This document shows, piece by piece, positions 28,280-39,304 of a stretch of DNA of 64,000 bases. Position numbers and translations under genes: made by a program. Within the stretch, counting starts at the first letter, position 1, and the number at the start of each line of letters is the position of its first letter. Location: NCBI GenBank assembly GCA_965203055.1, contig OZ241863.1, positions 128,001 to 192,000 of the forward strand, in the 5' to 3' direction. This DNA comes from Spirochaetia bacterium. Its GTDB lineage: Bacteria > Spirochaetota > Spirochaetia > SZUA-6 > Bin103. Under the pieces are notes generated by a model. The model was not told the origin of the DNA. It was given only the letters and a program-made list of their open reading frames with translations, and made no database searches.

Positions 28280-28896
28280 CCGGCGGCGCCGGCCGCGGGC
28301 GCGTGGCGGGGGTGATCCTGGCCGCCGGCGCTTCCCGGCGGCTGGGGCAACCCAAGCAACTGCTGCGCTACCGCGGCGAGACCCTGATTCACCGCAGCGC
28401 GCGGCTGGCGCACGCGGCCGGCCTGGCGCCGCTGCAGGTGGTGGTGGGCCACCGCGAGCGCGAGATGGCAGCCGCCCTCGGCGAGTTCGGCGCCGCCGCG
28501 GCGGTCGTGGCCAACCCCGACTGGCGCCGGGGCATGGGCGGCTCGCTGGCGCGCGGGATCGCGAGCCTGCCGCCCGCGGCCGCCGCGGCGCTGGTGCTGG
28601 TGTGCGACCAGTCGCAGCTCTCGGCCGCACTGCTCGGCGTCATGCTGGAGCGCTATCGGAGCGGCGGAACGACGCTGGTGGCCTGCCGCTACGCCAGCGG
28701 CGCCCTCGGGGTGCCCGCCCTGTTCGCCCGCTGCCACTTTGCCGAACTGGCCGCGCTGTCCGGCGACCGCGGCGCGCGCGCGCTGTTCGCCCGCCACGCC
28801 GCGTCCCTGGCCGCGGTCAGCTTCCCGGCCGGCGACTGCGACGTCGACACCCCGGCCGACGCCGCCGCCCTCGCCGATCACCAGTGCGCGACCTGA
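28276..28896 (+). CDS. Molybdenum cofactor cytidylyltransferase (MocA-like NTP transferase)
   Basis: Motifs ILAAGASRRLGQPKQLL, CDQ, GDRGAR and DVDTP; GTGA overlap with xdhC. Confidence 0.88.
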   Translation: MTGGAGRGRVAGVILAAGASRRLGQPKQLLRYRGETLIHRSARLAHAAGLAPLQVVVGHREREMAAALGEFGAAAAVVANPDWRRGMGGSLARGIASLPPAAAAALVLVCDQSQLSAALLGVMLERYRSGGTTLVACRYASGALGVPALFARCHFAELAALSGDRGARALFARHAASLAAVSFPAGDCDVDTPADAAALADHQCAT

Positions 28897-28911
28897 CCGG
28901 CGCCCGTTCCG

Positions 28912-30135
28912 TCAGATGCCGAGAACTGCCTCCTGCGCCTGCCGGCGGATGAAACGCCCCAGCAGCGGGACGGCGAACGAGTAGCGGGCGCGGCGATTCT
29001 TGTACACCAGTCCCTGGGCCGCGAGCGCGGCCAGCATCTGGTTGACGTGGCTGCTGCCGAACGGCCGTTCCCTGCCGCGGCCCGATTCTTCGACTACTTC
29101 CTGGAACGTGAACTCCTCGTCGCAGTGGTCCAGCCGCGCGATCACGAACAGCAGGTCCCGCTGCCGGTCGGTAGCCCGCGCCCAGCGCCCGGCGAAGAAG
29201 TCGGCGTCGAGCTTTCGCTCGATCTCGGTCCGCAGGATGGAACCTTCTTCCCCCCGGTCGATCCTCTGTATGAACGCGTCATATACCTCCCGGCAGATGA
29301 ACTGGATGAAGTACGGGTAGCCGCCGGCCATGTCGATGATCCGGTCTACCGAGGAATCACTCAGACGAACCGGACAGTCGGCATCCGCCAGCGGCCGCCG
29401 AATCGCTTCCGCGCTCTCGACCCGGGTCAGGCTGCTCAGAAACCTGACTCTGAACATCCGCTCGGCGAACGTGCGCGCCTGCACCAGCTTGGGAAACAAG
29501 GTCGGAAGCCCGGTCAGGACCAGCATCAGCGGAAGCCCCTTGCGCTGCAGCGACTGGAAGGTATCGAGCAGCATCGACAGGGGAAATTGCTCTCGGGCCG
29601 ATTGATCGCTGAGGTTCTGCGCCTCGTCATAGGCAAACACGATGCCGCGCACGCCGCGGCGCTCCCGGGACAGCGTGCTCCATGCCAACTCCAGCACTGC
29701 CTTGGTCTTGTCGAGGGACAGGCCCGGAGTCCGCTGGTAATGGTCGATCAGGGCGTCATAGCCGAGCGGGTATTCGATCTCCTCCGGGGCGGCTGCGAAT
29801 CCGGCGCTGCGGACCTGCTCGGTTGCCGCGACCAAGTCCGCGGTCAACGGGGCCAGATCGGTGCACAGCCGGACCGCCATGCGGACTTCGCTGATGCTGG
29901 CGGCCTCCGACACGTCGCTGCCGACCCACGCCCACCTTCGTTCGACCGCCAGCGGCTTGAACGAGTCGAGCAGCACCGTCTTCCCCACCCCGCGAAGTCC
30001 GGTCAGAACCAGGTTTTCCAGAATGGTGCGCTGCCCGAGCAGGCGGATCAACTCGCTGCGCTCGGCGTCCCTCCCGGCCAGGTAGGGCGGCGGGTGGCCG
30101 GCGCCCGGGCGGAACGGGTTGGAGAACTTGGCCAT
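28912..30135 (-). CDS. Stand-alone STAND/AAA_16-like P-loop ATPase with probable C-terminal winged helix
   Basis: NPFRPG..PPYLAGR, Walker A GLRGVGKT, Walker B FAYDEAQ, GYPYFIQ. Confidence 0.85.
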   Translation of the reverse strand: MAKFSNPFRPGAGHPPPYLAGRDAERSELIRLLGQRTILENLVLTGLRGVGKTVLLDSFKPLAVERRWAWVGSDVSEAASISEVRMAVRLCTDLAPLTADLVAATEQVRSAGFAAAPEEIEYPLGYDALIDHYQRTPGLSLDKTKAVLELAWSTLSRERRGVRGIVFAYDEAQNLSDQSAREQFPLSMLLDTFQSLQRKGLPLMLVLTGLPTLFPKLVQARTFAERMFRVRFLSSLTRVESAEAIRRPLADADCPVRLSDSSVDRIIDMAGGYPYFIQFICREVYDAFIQRIDRGEEGSILRTEIERKLDADFFAGRWARATDRQRDLLFVIARLDHCDEEFTFQEVVEESGRGRERPFGSSHVNQMLAALAAQGLVYKNRRARYSFAVPLLGRFIRRQAQEAVLGI

Positions 30136-30167
30136 GGCATGTTGACCTCCGTTACAGGTATGGACGC

Positions 30168-30196
30168 AATTTACACCATTGGCTAAGTTAAGTCAA
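30168..30196 (-). promoter_or_regulatory. Sigma70-type promoter of the ATPase gene
   Basis: Minus strand TTGACT-17 nt-TAAATT in an AT-rich gap, followed by a GGAGG SD. Confidence 0.7.
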
Positions 30197-30201
30197 GTTG
30201 A

Positions 30202-31128
30202 TTAGTTCTCTGCGGCGGCCGCGAGCTTTTGGAACAGGTCGCGGAAGATCGGGTCACGCCGGACGAAGCGGGCGCAACGGATCAGGTGGCGGCCCCGGTC
30301 CACGCTCCAGGTGAGCTGATCGGTCAGCACCGGACTGGGCACCAGGTCAGCCGGCACCCAGGCCGGGTCGAGCAGGTAACCAATGGCGGCCACGTCCCAC
30401 AGCACCCGCGACCAGGCGTAGTGATCGGTACCCGACTCCTTGAAGCGCGACGCCAGGAAGGCGCCGAGCCTGCCGTGCGGCTCGACGTGGCGCTCGATCT
30501 CCGGGACGCTGGTGAGCAGGTGGCTGGTCACGCCCATGCAGGGCACCAGCACCAGGGGCACGCCGCAGTCGAGCAGGGTGCGGGCGGCGGGCAGGTCCTG
30601 GCGCAGATTGAACTCCCGGGTATCGGGCCAGTCGAGGGCGTGGCCTCCCAGCCACACCACGACGATCTTCGCGGCCAGCGCCGGCTCGATCAGCAGCGCC
30701 GAGGCGACGTTGGTGATTGCGCCGATCGCCACCACGTAGAGCGGATCGTCGTCCGCGGCGGCCAGCCCGCGCGCGATCAGGTCGCGCACCGCGGCCGACT
30801 CGCGCGGCTGCCCGGCGCGCCCCAGGTAGTCGGTCGAGCCGCGGAAGGCGAATCCGGCGGAGGAGCGCCCGAGGCGCTCCAGGAGGCGCAGGATCTCCCG
30901 GTAGCTCAATTCCATGCCGTGCCCCGGCCCGGTCGAGCGTTCGTTGTGGAACGGCGCCGCGTAGATCGCCTCCACGGCAAGCCGCTCCGGCGAGAGCAGG
31001 GCGTGCACCACCGCGAACTGATCGTCGGTCTCGTTGAAGGCGTCGGTGTCGAGCACCATCCGTACCCGGCCGGCGGGCGGGCGCAGCCGCGGCAGGCGGG
31101 CGGCGGCTGAGAGCTTGGGGAACATCAC
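30202..31128 (-). CDS. Inosine-uridine nucleoside hydrolase family protein
   Basis: Motifs LDTDAFNETDDQFA, IGAITN, WLGG, EFNL..D and LWD. Confidence 0.88.
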   Translation of the reverse strand: MMFPKLSAAARLPRLRPPAGRVRMVLDTDAFNETDDQFAVVHALLSPERLAVEAIYAAPFHNERSTGPGHGMELSYREILRLLERLGRSSAGFAFRGSTDYLGRAGQPRESAAVRDLIARGLAAADDDPLYVVAIGAITNVASALLIEPALAAKIVVVWLGGHALDWPDTREFNLRQDLPAARTLLDCGVPLVLVPCMGVTSHLLTSVPEIERHVEPHGRLGAFLASRFKESGTDHYAWSRVLWDVAAIGYLLDPAWVPADLVPSPVLTDQLTWSVDRGRHLIRCARFVRRDPIFRDLFQKLAAAAEN

Positions 31129-31242
31129 GCCGCATCCTACACCAGCGGGGCCGCGGCGGCCGGGAGCCGTCCGGACACGTATTGCGCCCGCGGCGCGGGA
31201 GACGCACTATAGGGAGCGACGCCACACACCCGGAGGCAGCAG

Positions 31243-33189
<1,947 letters not shown>

Positions 33190-33209
33190 TCTCCCAGGGG
33201 AGTGACCAA

Positions 33210-34334
33210 ATGAGTCGGGCGGGCTGGCTGGTCAGCGCTCCATACGATCTGACGTTCATCATCGGCTCCGCAATCCTGCTGTTCGTTCCCCACGCCGTCC
33301 ACCTGCTGTGGCCGAGCGCCATCGTCGTCGATCTGGTAATAGCCGCGGCGATCGGCGGCCCCCATCTGTTCGCCACCTACACGCTGACCTTCATGGAGCC
33401 CAACTTCCGGCGCCGGTATCCGCGCTATACCGCGGGCGCGCTGCTGCTGCCGCTGATGGTGCTGGGCACCGCGATCGTGAACCTCGATCTGCTGGTCACG
33501 GCGTTCTTCTTTCTGGCCGCCCTGCACGTGATCCATCAGGCCGGCTACGTCGCCGACAGCTACCGCGCCAAACGCCCGGAGCCGGCGGCGGTGCAGGGCA
33601 TGTCCCGCATCATCGACTACGGCTTGCTGCTGTGCAGCCTGTTCGTGCTGGCCACGTTCAAGTTCACCGGCGCCCGCCTGCGCATCTTCGGCCTGGACCT
33701 GAGCGAACACGAATTCGCCACCGGCGGCCGGCGCCTGCTGTTCCCGGAGTTCCTGCAGACCGAGGTGTTGGCGTGGGCGCTGATGGTGGCGTTCGTGCTC
33801 TGCGCCGCCGCGTTCGTCGTCAAGTCCGTGCATGAAGCGCTCACGGGAAGGGCCAATCTGCCGAAGACCCTGCACCTGGCGGTGGCGGCCGGCCTGTTCT
33901 TCGTCACCCCTGCGCTGCAGAATCTCGACGTGGCGTTTCAGGGACTGAATACCTGGCACTCGTTCCAGTACCTCGCAGTGGTGATCTTCCTCAACCGCTA
34001 CCGTCAGGAGCAAGGATTGATCGGCGCGCCGCGGGTGGCGCGCTTCGCGGCCAGCGGCGTGCGCCTGTACGGCGTCTGTCTGGGCCTCACCGCCGTCGCC
34101 GGCATCGTCTACCTGGCGCTGCGCGGAATGGTGCTGCTGCTCGACGCCTGGCCCGGCGACCTGCGGCACCAGCACTACTTCGCCTTCTACGTGGTAGTGC
34201 TGTCGGCGCTCCTGATCCACTACTACTTCGACCACTTCCTGTTCCTGCGCATCGACGACGTAATTACGCCGCGCGCGGAGAACCTGGCGCCCGCCGGACC
34301 GGCGGCGGCCCGGTCAGGCATCGCGCGGCAGTAG
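33210..34334 (+). CDS. Hypothetical polytopic membrane protein with four His-centred motifs
   Basis: About 9-10 hydrophobic segments; GGPHLFATY, LHVIHQ, WHSFQY and IHYYFD; GGGAG SD before ATG 33210. Confidence 0.8.
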   Translation: MSRAGWLVSAPYDLTFIIGSAILLFVPHAVHLLWPSAIVVDLVIAAAIGGPHLFATYTLTFMEPNFRRRYPRYTAGALLLPLMVLGTAIVNLDLLVTAFFFLAALHVIHQAGYVADSYRAKRPEPAAVQGMSRIIDYGLLLCSLFVLATFKFTGARLRIFGLDLSEHEFATGGRRLLFPEFLQTEVLAWALMVAFVLCAAAFVVKSVHEALTGRANLPKTLHLAVAAGLFFVTPALQNLDVAFQGLNTWHSFQYLAVVIFLNRYRQEQGLIGAPRVARFAASGVRLYGVCLGLTAVAGIVYLALRGMVLLLDAWPGDLRHQHYFAFYVVVLSALLIHYYFDHFLFLRIDDVITPRAENLAPAGPAAARSGIARQ

Positions 34335-36502
34335 CGGGCGCCAAGGATGCGAATGTCAAGGGCGGCCGGCAGACGGTCAAGGCGATCCCATGCTAAGGGG
34401 GACTGGACTGTCGAGAACTGAGTTGATAGGCTTAGGCCATGGACTCTCGGAAGGTGCTCGACGAACCCCTGCCCCAGGCCACGCCCCCAGGGTTTGCGCT
34501 CGACGAAGTGGAGGTGCGCCTCGCACACCCCCACGAACGCGTCCAGTGGGACGCGCTGATGAACCACCATCACTATCTCGGCTTCACCCGCTTCGCCGGC
34601 CGCGGCCTGCGCTATCTCGCCGTCTGGCGCGGCCGCTGGCTCGCGCTCGCCGGCTGGCAGGGCGCCGCCCTCAAGTGCGCACCCCGCGATCGCTGGATCG
34701 GCTGGCGCCGCCCCGAAATGTTCCGCCGCCTCCATCTGGTGGCCAACAACACCCGCTTCGTGGTCCTGGGCCAGCGCGGCGTGTTTCCCAATCTCGCCTC
34801 CAGGATGATGGCCGCGATGCTGCGCCAACTCAGCGCCGATTGGCAGCACCACTACGGCCATCCGCTGCTGGTTGCGGAGAGCTTCGTCGATCCGCAGCGC
34901 TTCTCCGGCACCCTGTATCAGGCCGGCAACTGGACCTACGTCGGCGACAGCAAGGGCTACGCGCGCAGCAACGGCCACTACACCGACCCTCACGGCCACC
35001 CGAAGCGTCTCTTCGTGCGCCCCTTGCGGCGCGATGCCCGGCGCATCCTCAGCCAGTCCGGCAAGCTGCCAGACTGCTGGCGGGCACGGCCCGAACACCC
35101 AGACGATAACGCCGCAGTCGACAAGCGCAGTCTGTACGCCGAACTCGAAGACCTCCCCGACTACCGCCGCGGCCAGGGGCGCAAGCACTCCATTGCGACC
35201 GTGCTGACGGTCTACCTGTTGGCTGCGCTGGGCAACTTTCGCGGCCCGGTCGCGGCGGCGGAGTATGCTCAGAGGCTCACGCAGAAGGACCTCAAAGATA
35301 TTGGCGCGTGGCGCAATCGGCGCTCCGGGCGCTACCATCCGCCCCCCAAGTCCACCATCCACCGCGTGCTCATGCACGCCGATACCGAGCACCTCGAAGC
35401 GATCCTGCAGCGCTATTCCGAGTCCCGCCTGCCACCGCCAGCTCCGCGCCAACGCCGCGCCATCGCGGCCGACGGCAAGCGCATTCGCGGCGCCAATCGC
35501 CACGGCTCGCTACGCTACGAGACCGCCACCCTGGTCGAGCACGGCACCGGCGTGCCGCTCGCCAGTCTCAACTTCCACGACGAGAATGGCGAGTTGGCCG
35601 CCGTCGGCGCCCTGCTCGAGACCGTCCCGATCGCCGGCGCGGTGATCACCCTCGATGCCCTCCACACCACCCGCGACACCGCCACCAACATCGTCGAACA
35701 GCACCAGGCCCACTATCAGATGACCGTCAAGCAGAACTCCTCCGAGACCTACGAGGCACTCGTCAGCATCCCCTGGGAACACGCTACCGCGCGCTTCTCC
35801 ACAGCGTCCGAGAAGGCCCATGGCCGCATCGAACGGCGCCACATCGAAGTTATGACCCTGCCGCCCAACACCCTCAACTACCCGCACGTCGCGCAGGTGT
35901 TCCGGGTGCGCCGCGACCGCCACGTGCTCAAGAGCGGCGAGAAGACCGTTACCTACGCCTACGGCATCACTTCGGTGCCGGCCTCCGAAGCCTCTGCGGA
36001 GCAACTGCTGGCCTGGAACCGCGGCCACTGGGCGATCGAGTCGAAGAACCACCATCGCCGCGACCGCACCTTGGCTGAGGACGCCTGCCTGGCGCGGCGC
36101 CACGCGGCGCCTGCCAACCGCGCGGTGTGCAACAACCTGGTGCTGGCACTGATCCTGCGCTACCGCCGGTGGACCAACGTGGCGTCGGCACTACGCTACT
36201 TTACCGGGCGCCCGAAGGTAGCCATCAAGGCCCTCATGGCGCCCGGCTGAGGCTGGCGCAGCCCGCTTCGAGCGCTCCAACCACTCCTCGAACCACTCCC
36301 GGCCCGCCCCGCGCTCCCATCCGGTCGCCGTGCGGGGCCAACTGTGCGACTACGGTCGGGACCAAGCCCTCAGGTGCGCCACCCGCTGTCCCATTCCCCT
36401 CCGCCGGAGGCAGCCGCTAGGTTCTCATCTTGATTGTCGCTCGCCACTCCGGCCTCCGCGTCGGCGCGGCTCCGACCAGCCTGGCCTTGGCCACGCCGCT
36501 AC
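34331..36502 (+). mobile_element. Insertion sequence (ISAs1-like), boundaries tentative
   Basis: Transposase flanked by imperfect inverted repeats: GTAGCGGGCGCCAAGG (34331-34346) versus the reverse complement of 36485-36502, GTAGCGGCGTGGCCAAGG; no target duplication seen. Confidence 0.55.
34439..36250 (+). CDS. ISAs1-family DDE transposase with N-terminal DUF4338 (DruA-like) domain
   Basis: N-term HHYLG, RDRWIGW, NNTRF and ESFVDPQRFSGTLYQAGNW; C-term DYRRGQGRKH, AADGK, TLDALH, HGRIERR and HWAIESKNHHRRDRTLAED. Confidence 0.9.
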   Translation: MDSRKVLDEPLPQATPPGFALDEVEVRLAHPHERVQWDALMNHHHYLGFTRFAGRGLRYLAVWRGRWLALAGWQGAALKCAPRDRWIGWRRPEMFRRLHLVANNTRFVVLGQRGVFPNLASRMMAAMLRQLSADWQHHYGHPLLVAESFVDPQRFSGTLYQAGNWTYVGDSKGYARSNGHYTDPHGHPKRLFVRPLRRDARRILSQSGKLPDCWRARPEHPDDNAAVDKRSLYAELEDLPDYRRGQGRKHSIATVLTVYLLAALGNFRGPVAAAEYAQRLTQKDLKDIGAWRNRRSGRYHPPPKSTIHRVLMHADTEHLEAILQRYSESRLPPPAPRQRRAIAADGKRIRGANRHGSLRYETATLVEHGTGVPLASLNFHDENGELAAVGALLETVPIAGAVITLDALHTTRDTATNIVEQHQAHYQMTVKQNSSETYEALVSIPWEHATARFSTASEKAHGRIERRHIEVMTLPPNTLNYPHVAQVFRVRRDRHVLKSGEKTVTYAYGITSVPASEASAEQLLAWNRGHWAIESKNHHRRDRTLAEDACLARRHAAPANRAVCNNLVLALILRYRRWTNVASALRYFTGRPKVAIKALMAPG

Positions 36503-36540
36503 GTTACTTCAGCCGGCGAGCGGCGGCTACCGGGGAAGGC

Positions 36541-37998
36541 TCAGTAGGACTGCTGGTCGGGGTCTATCTCGTCGACCCAGGCGCTGATGCCGCCCTCCAG
36601 GTTGACCACGTCGCGGAACCCTGCCTGCTGCATTTGGGCCACCGCGTTGGCGCTGCGCCCGCCCATCTTGCAGTGCACCACGTAGCTGGCCTGGGGATCG
36701 AGCTCGGCCAGCCGGTCCGGCAGCTCGCCGAGCGGGATCAGGTCGGCGCCCTCGATGTGGTTGATCTCCGCTTCCCACGGCTCGCGCACGTCGATCAGGC
36801 GGACCCCGGCGCCGCGTGCCAACCGCTCCTGCAGCTCGTGCACGTCGATCTCGCGGATACCGCCGCCGGCGCCGTCCGCGCCGGGCGCGGCCTGCCCGCC
36901 GCTGCTGCCGTTCAGCGCCGGCACGCCGCAGAACTGCTCGTAGTCGATCAGCTCGGTGACCGTGGGCCGCTCGCCGCACACTACGCACTGCGGGTTGCGG
37001 CGCAGCTTGAGCTGGCGGAAGCTGAGCTTGAGGGCGTCGTAGATCACCAGCCGCCCGGCGGCCACCTCGCCGAGGCCGAGCAGCGCCTTGATCACCTCGT
37101 TGGCCTGCAAGGCGCCGACCACGCCGGGCAGCACTCCGAGCACCCCGCCCTCGGCGCAGCTCGGCACCAGTCCGGGCGGCGGCGGCTCGCTGTAGAGGCA
37201 GCGGTAGCAGGGTCCGCCCTGATAGTTGAACACCGAGATCTGACCCTCGAAGCGGAAGATGGAGCCATACACGTTGGGCTTGCCGGTGAGCACGCAGGCG
37301 TCGTTCACCAGGTAGCGGGTGGGGAAGTTGTCGGTGCCGTCGGCCACCACGTCGTAGCGCGCGAACAGCTCCAGCGCGTTGGCCGAGGTGAGCGGCTCCT
37401 CGAGCGGCTCGATGGTGATGGCCGGGTTGAGATCGGCCAACCGTTCCTGCGCGCGCTGCAGCTTGGATTGTCCCACCTGCGAGGTGCCGTACAGAATCTG
37501 GCGCTGCAGGTTGGTCTCGTCGATCTTGTCGAACTCCACGATGCCGATGCGCCCCACCCCGGCGGCGGCCAGGTACAGCGCCAGCGGCGAGCCGAGCCCG
37601 CCGGCGCCGATCAGCAGCGCGGAGCCGGCCTTGAGCCGCTCCTGCCCCGCGCGCCCCACGTCGGGGATCAGAATGTGCCGGCTGTAGCGCGCCAGCTCGG
37701 CGGCGCTGAGGGAGGCGCCGCTGCCGCCGGCGATGGAAGGCACGATGGATATGGTGTCGCCGTTCTTGACCGCGGTGTCCTCGCCGTCCTGGTAGCGGAT
37801 GTCTTCCTCGTTCACGTACACGTTGACGAAGTTGCGCAACGAGCCGTCGGCGCCGAACAGGTGCTTGCCGAGCTCGCCGTTGGCGGCCGCCAGTTGCCGC
37901 AGCAGTTCGCCGACGGCGCCCTCGGTCTCGACCGCCACCGTGTCCTGGCCGTCCAGAAAGGGCCGCAGCGGCGTGGGGATGTGAATGGTAATGGCCAT
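36541..37998 (-). CDS. MoaD/ThiS(Ubl)-MoeB/ThiF(E1)-rhodanese fusion
   Basis: Ubl ends VPSIAGG at aa 92; then RYSRH, GAGGLG, TNLQRQ, CYRC, SCAEGG and CVVC; rhodanese HCKMGGRS. Confidence 0.93.
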   Translation of the reverse strand: MAITIHIPTPLRPFLDGQDTVAVETEGAVGELLRQLAAANGELGKHLFGADGSLRNFVNVYVNEEDIRYQDGEDTAVKNGDTISIVPSIAGGSGASLSAAELARYSRHILIPDVGRAGQERLKAGSALLIGAGGLGSPLALYLAAAGVGRIGIVEFDKIDETNLQRQILYGTSQVGQSKLQRAQERLADLNPAITIEPLEEPLTSANALELFARYDVVADGTDNFPTRYLVNDACVLTGKPNVYGSIFRFEGQISVFNYQGGPCYRCLYSEPPPPGLVPSCAEGGVLGVLPGVVGALQANEVIKALLGLGEVAAGRLVIYDALKLSFRQLKLRRNPQCVVCGERPTVTELIDYEQFCGVPALNGSSGGQAAPGADGAGGGIREIDVHELQERLARGAGVRLIDVREPWEAEINHIEGADLIPLGELPDRLAELDPQASYVVHCKMGGRSANAVAQMQQAGFRDVVNLEGGISAWVDEIDPDQQSY

Positions 37999-38145
37999 GA
38001 TCGCTACGATAATAACGCCGAACCGCAGCTACGCAAAATCGCCGCTTCCGCCACCGCCGCCGCGGCGGCGCGGCGTCGCGCGAACGCTTTGAGCAGCTAC
38101 CGGCCGCGCGGCTATAATCGGTTGCCGTGAACGCCATGGACGCCT

Positions 38146-39288
38146 ATGAACGCTGACCAATTGACCATCACCTTGGGACTGGAGGAAGAGTTCTTCCTGG
38201 TCGACCCCGAGACCCGCGATCTGATCGTCGATCCCGACCCGGAGCTGTTCGCCGCCTGCGAGCAGCGCAGCGGTCCGCACAAGGTAGTGCACGAGCTGCT
38301 GCGCACGCAGCTCGAGACCAATACGCGGGTGTGTCATTCGGTGGCCGATCTGCGTACCGCGATGCGCGAGACCCGGTCGCTGGTCGTCGACACCGCGGCC
38401 CGGTTCGGCGCCGCGGTCATGGCCGCCTCGACCCATCCGTTCGCCCATTGGAGCGCCCAGGCGATTACTCCCAAGGAGCGGTACGACCGCTTGACCATGG
38501 ATTTCCAGGAGGTAGTGCGCCGCTTCCTGGTCGGCGGCATGCACATCCATGCCGGCTTCGGCGACGCCGATTCGCGCATCCGGGTGATGACGGCGCTGCG
38601 CCGCTACCTGCCGGTGCTGCACGCGCTGTCCACCTCCTCGCCGTTCAACGAGGGCCGCGAGACCGGCTTGAAATCCTACCGCCTGACCTTGATCGGCGCC
38701 CTGCCGCGCACCAGTCTGCCGCCCGCCTTCCGCTCGCGCGCGGAGTACGACCGGCTGGTCGCCGACTACCAGGCGATGGAGTTCATCGGCGACGGCAGCG
38801 AGTTGTGGTGGGACGCCCGCCCGGCGGTCCGCTTTCCCACCGTGGAGATGCGCATCTGCGATATCTGCCCGCGGCTGGAAGACGCGCTGAGCATCGCCGC
38901 CCTGTATGCCTGTCTGGTGCGCCGGCTGCTGCGCCGGGACGCGGATCAGGGTCTGCCGCCGGAGCCGCCGGCGGCATTGATCGCCGAGAATCGCTGGCAC
39001 GCCGCCAGGTACGGGGTGGTCGCCTTCTTCGGCGACATCGATGCCGGCAAGCGCATCGACATCGACGAGTACGTCGAGCAGCTCAGCGCCGACCTCGCCG
39101 AGGACGCTGCGGCTCTCGGTTGCGAGCAGGAGCTGCAGCGCGTCTCCGAAATCATCCGCCGCGGCGCCGGCGCCGACCGCCAGCTCGACCTGTTCCGGCT
39201 GCGCCGGCTGGAGGGCGACACCGTCCCGCAGGCGCTGCGCGCCGTCGTGGACCTGATCATCGCCGAGACCCGCGAAGGGCTGGCCTGA
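38146..39288 (+). CDS. YbdK-family carboxylate-amine ligase (glutamate-cysteine ligase 2)
   Basis: Motifs LGLEEEFFLVD, STHP, GMHIH, SSPF and WWDARP...TVEMRICD. Confidence 0.92.
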   Translation: MNADQLTITLGLEEEFFLVDPETRDLIVDPDPELFAACEQRSGPHKVVHELLRTQLETNTRVCHSVADLRTAMRETRSLVVDTAARFGAAVMAASTHPFAHWSAQAITPKERYDRLTMDFQEVVRRFLVGGMHIHAGFGDADSRIRVMTALRRYLPVLHALSTSSPFNEGRETGLKSYRLTLIGALPRTSLPPAFRSRAEYDRLVADYQAMEFIGDGSELWWDARPAVRFPTVEMRICDICPRLEDALSIAALYACLVRRLLRRDADQGLPPEPPAALIAENRWHAARYGVVAFFGDIDAGKRIDIDEYVEQLSADLAEDAAALGCEQELQRVSEIIRRGAGADRQLDLFRLRRLEGDTVPQALRAVVDLIIAETREGLA

Positions 39289-39304
39289 CCGGTCCGCGTC
39301 TACC

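Noticed and set aside
34439..36250. Complete Druantia defence system
   Set aside because: Only the DUF4338 domain is present, fused to a transposase; there is no DruE helicase or DruB-D
36541..39288. Ubl-E1 and divergent YbdK as a ubiquitin/Pup-like conjugation system
   Set aside because: No E2, JAB, Pup or proteasome genes are nearby; YbdK looks like an ordinary GCS2 member; adjacency alone is insufficient
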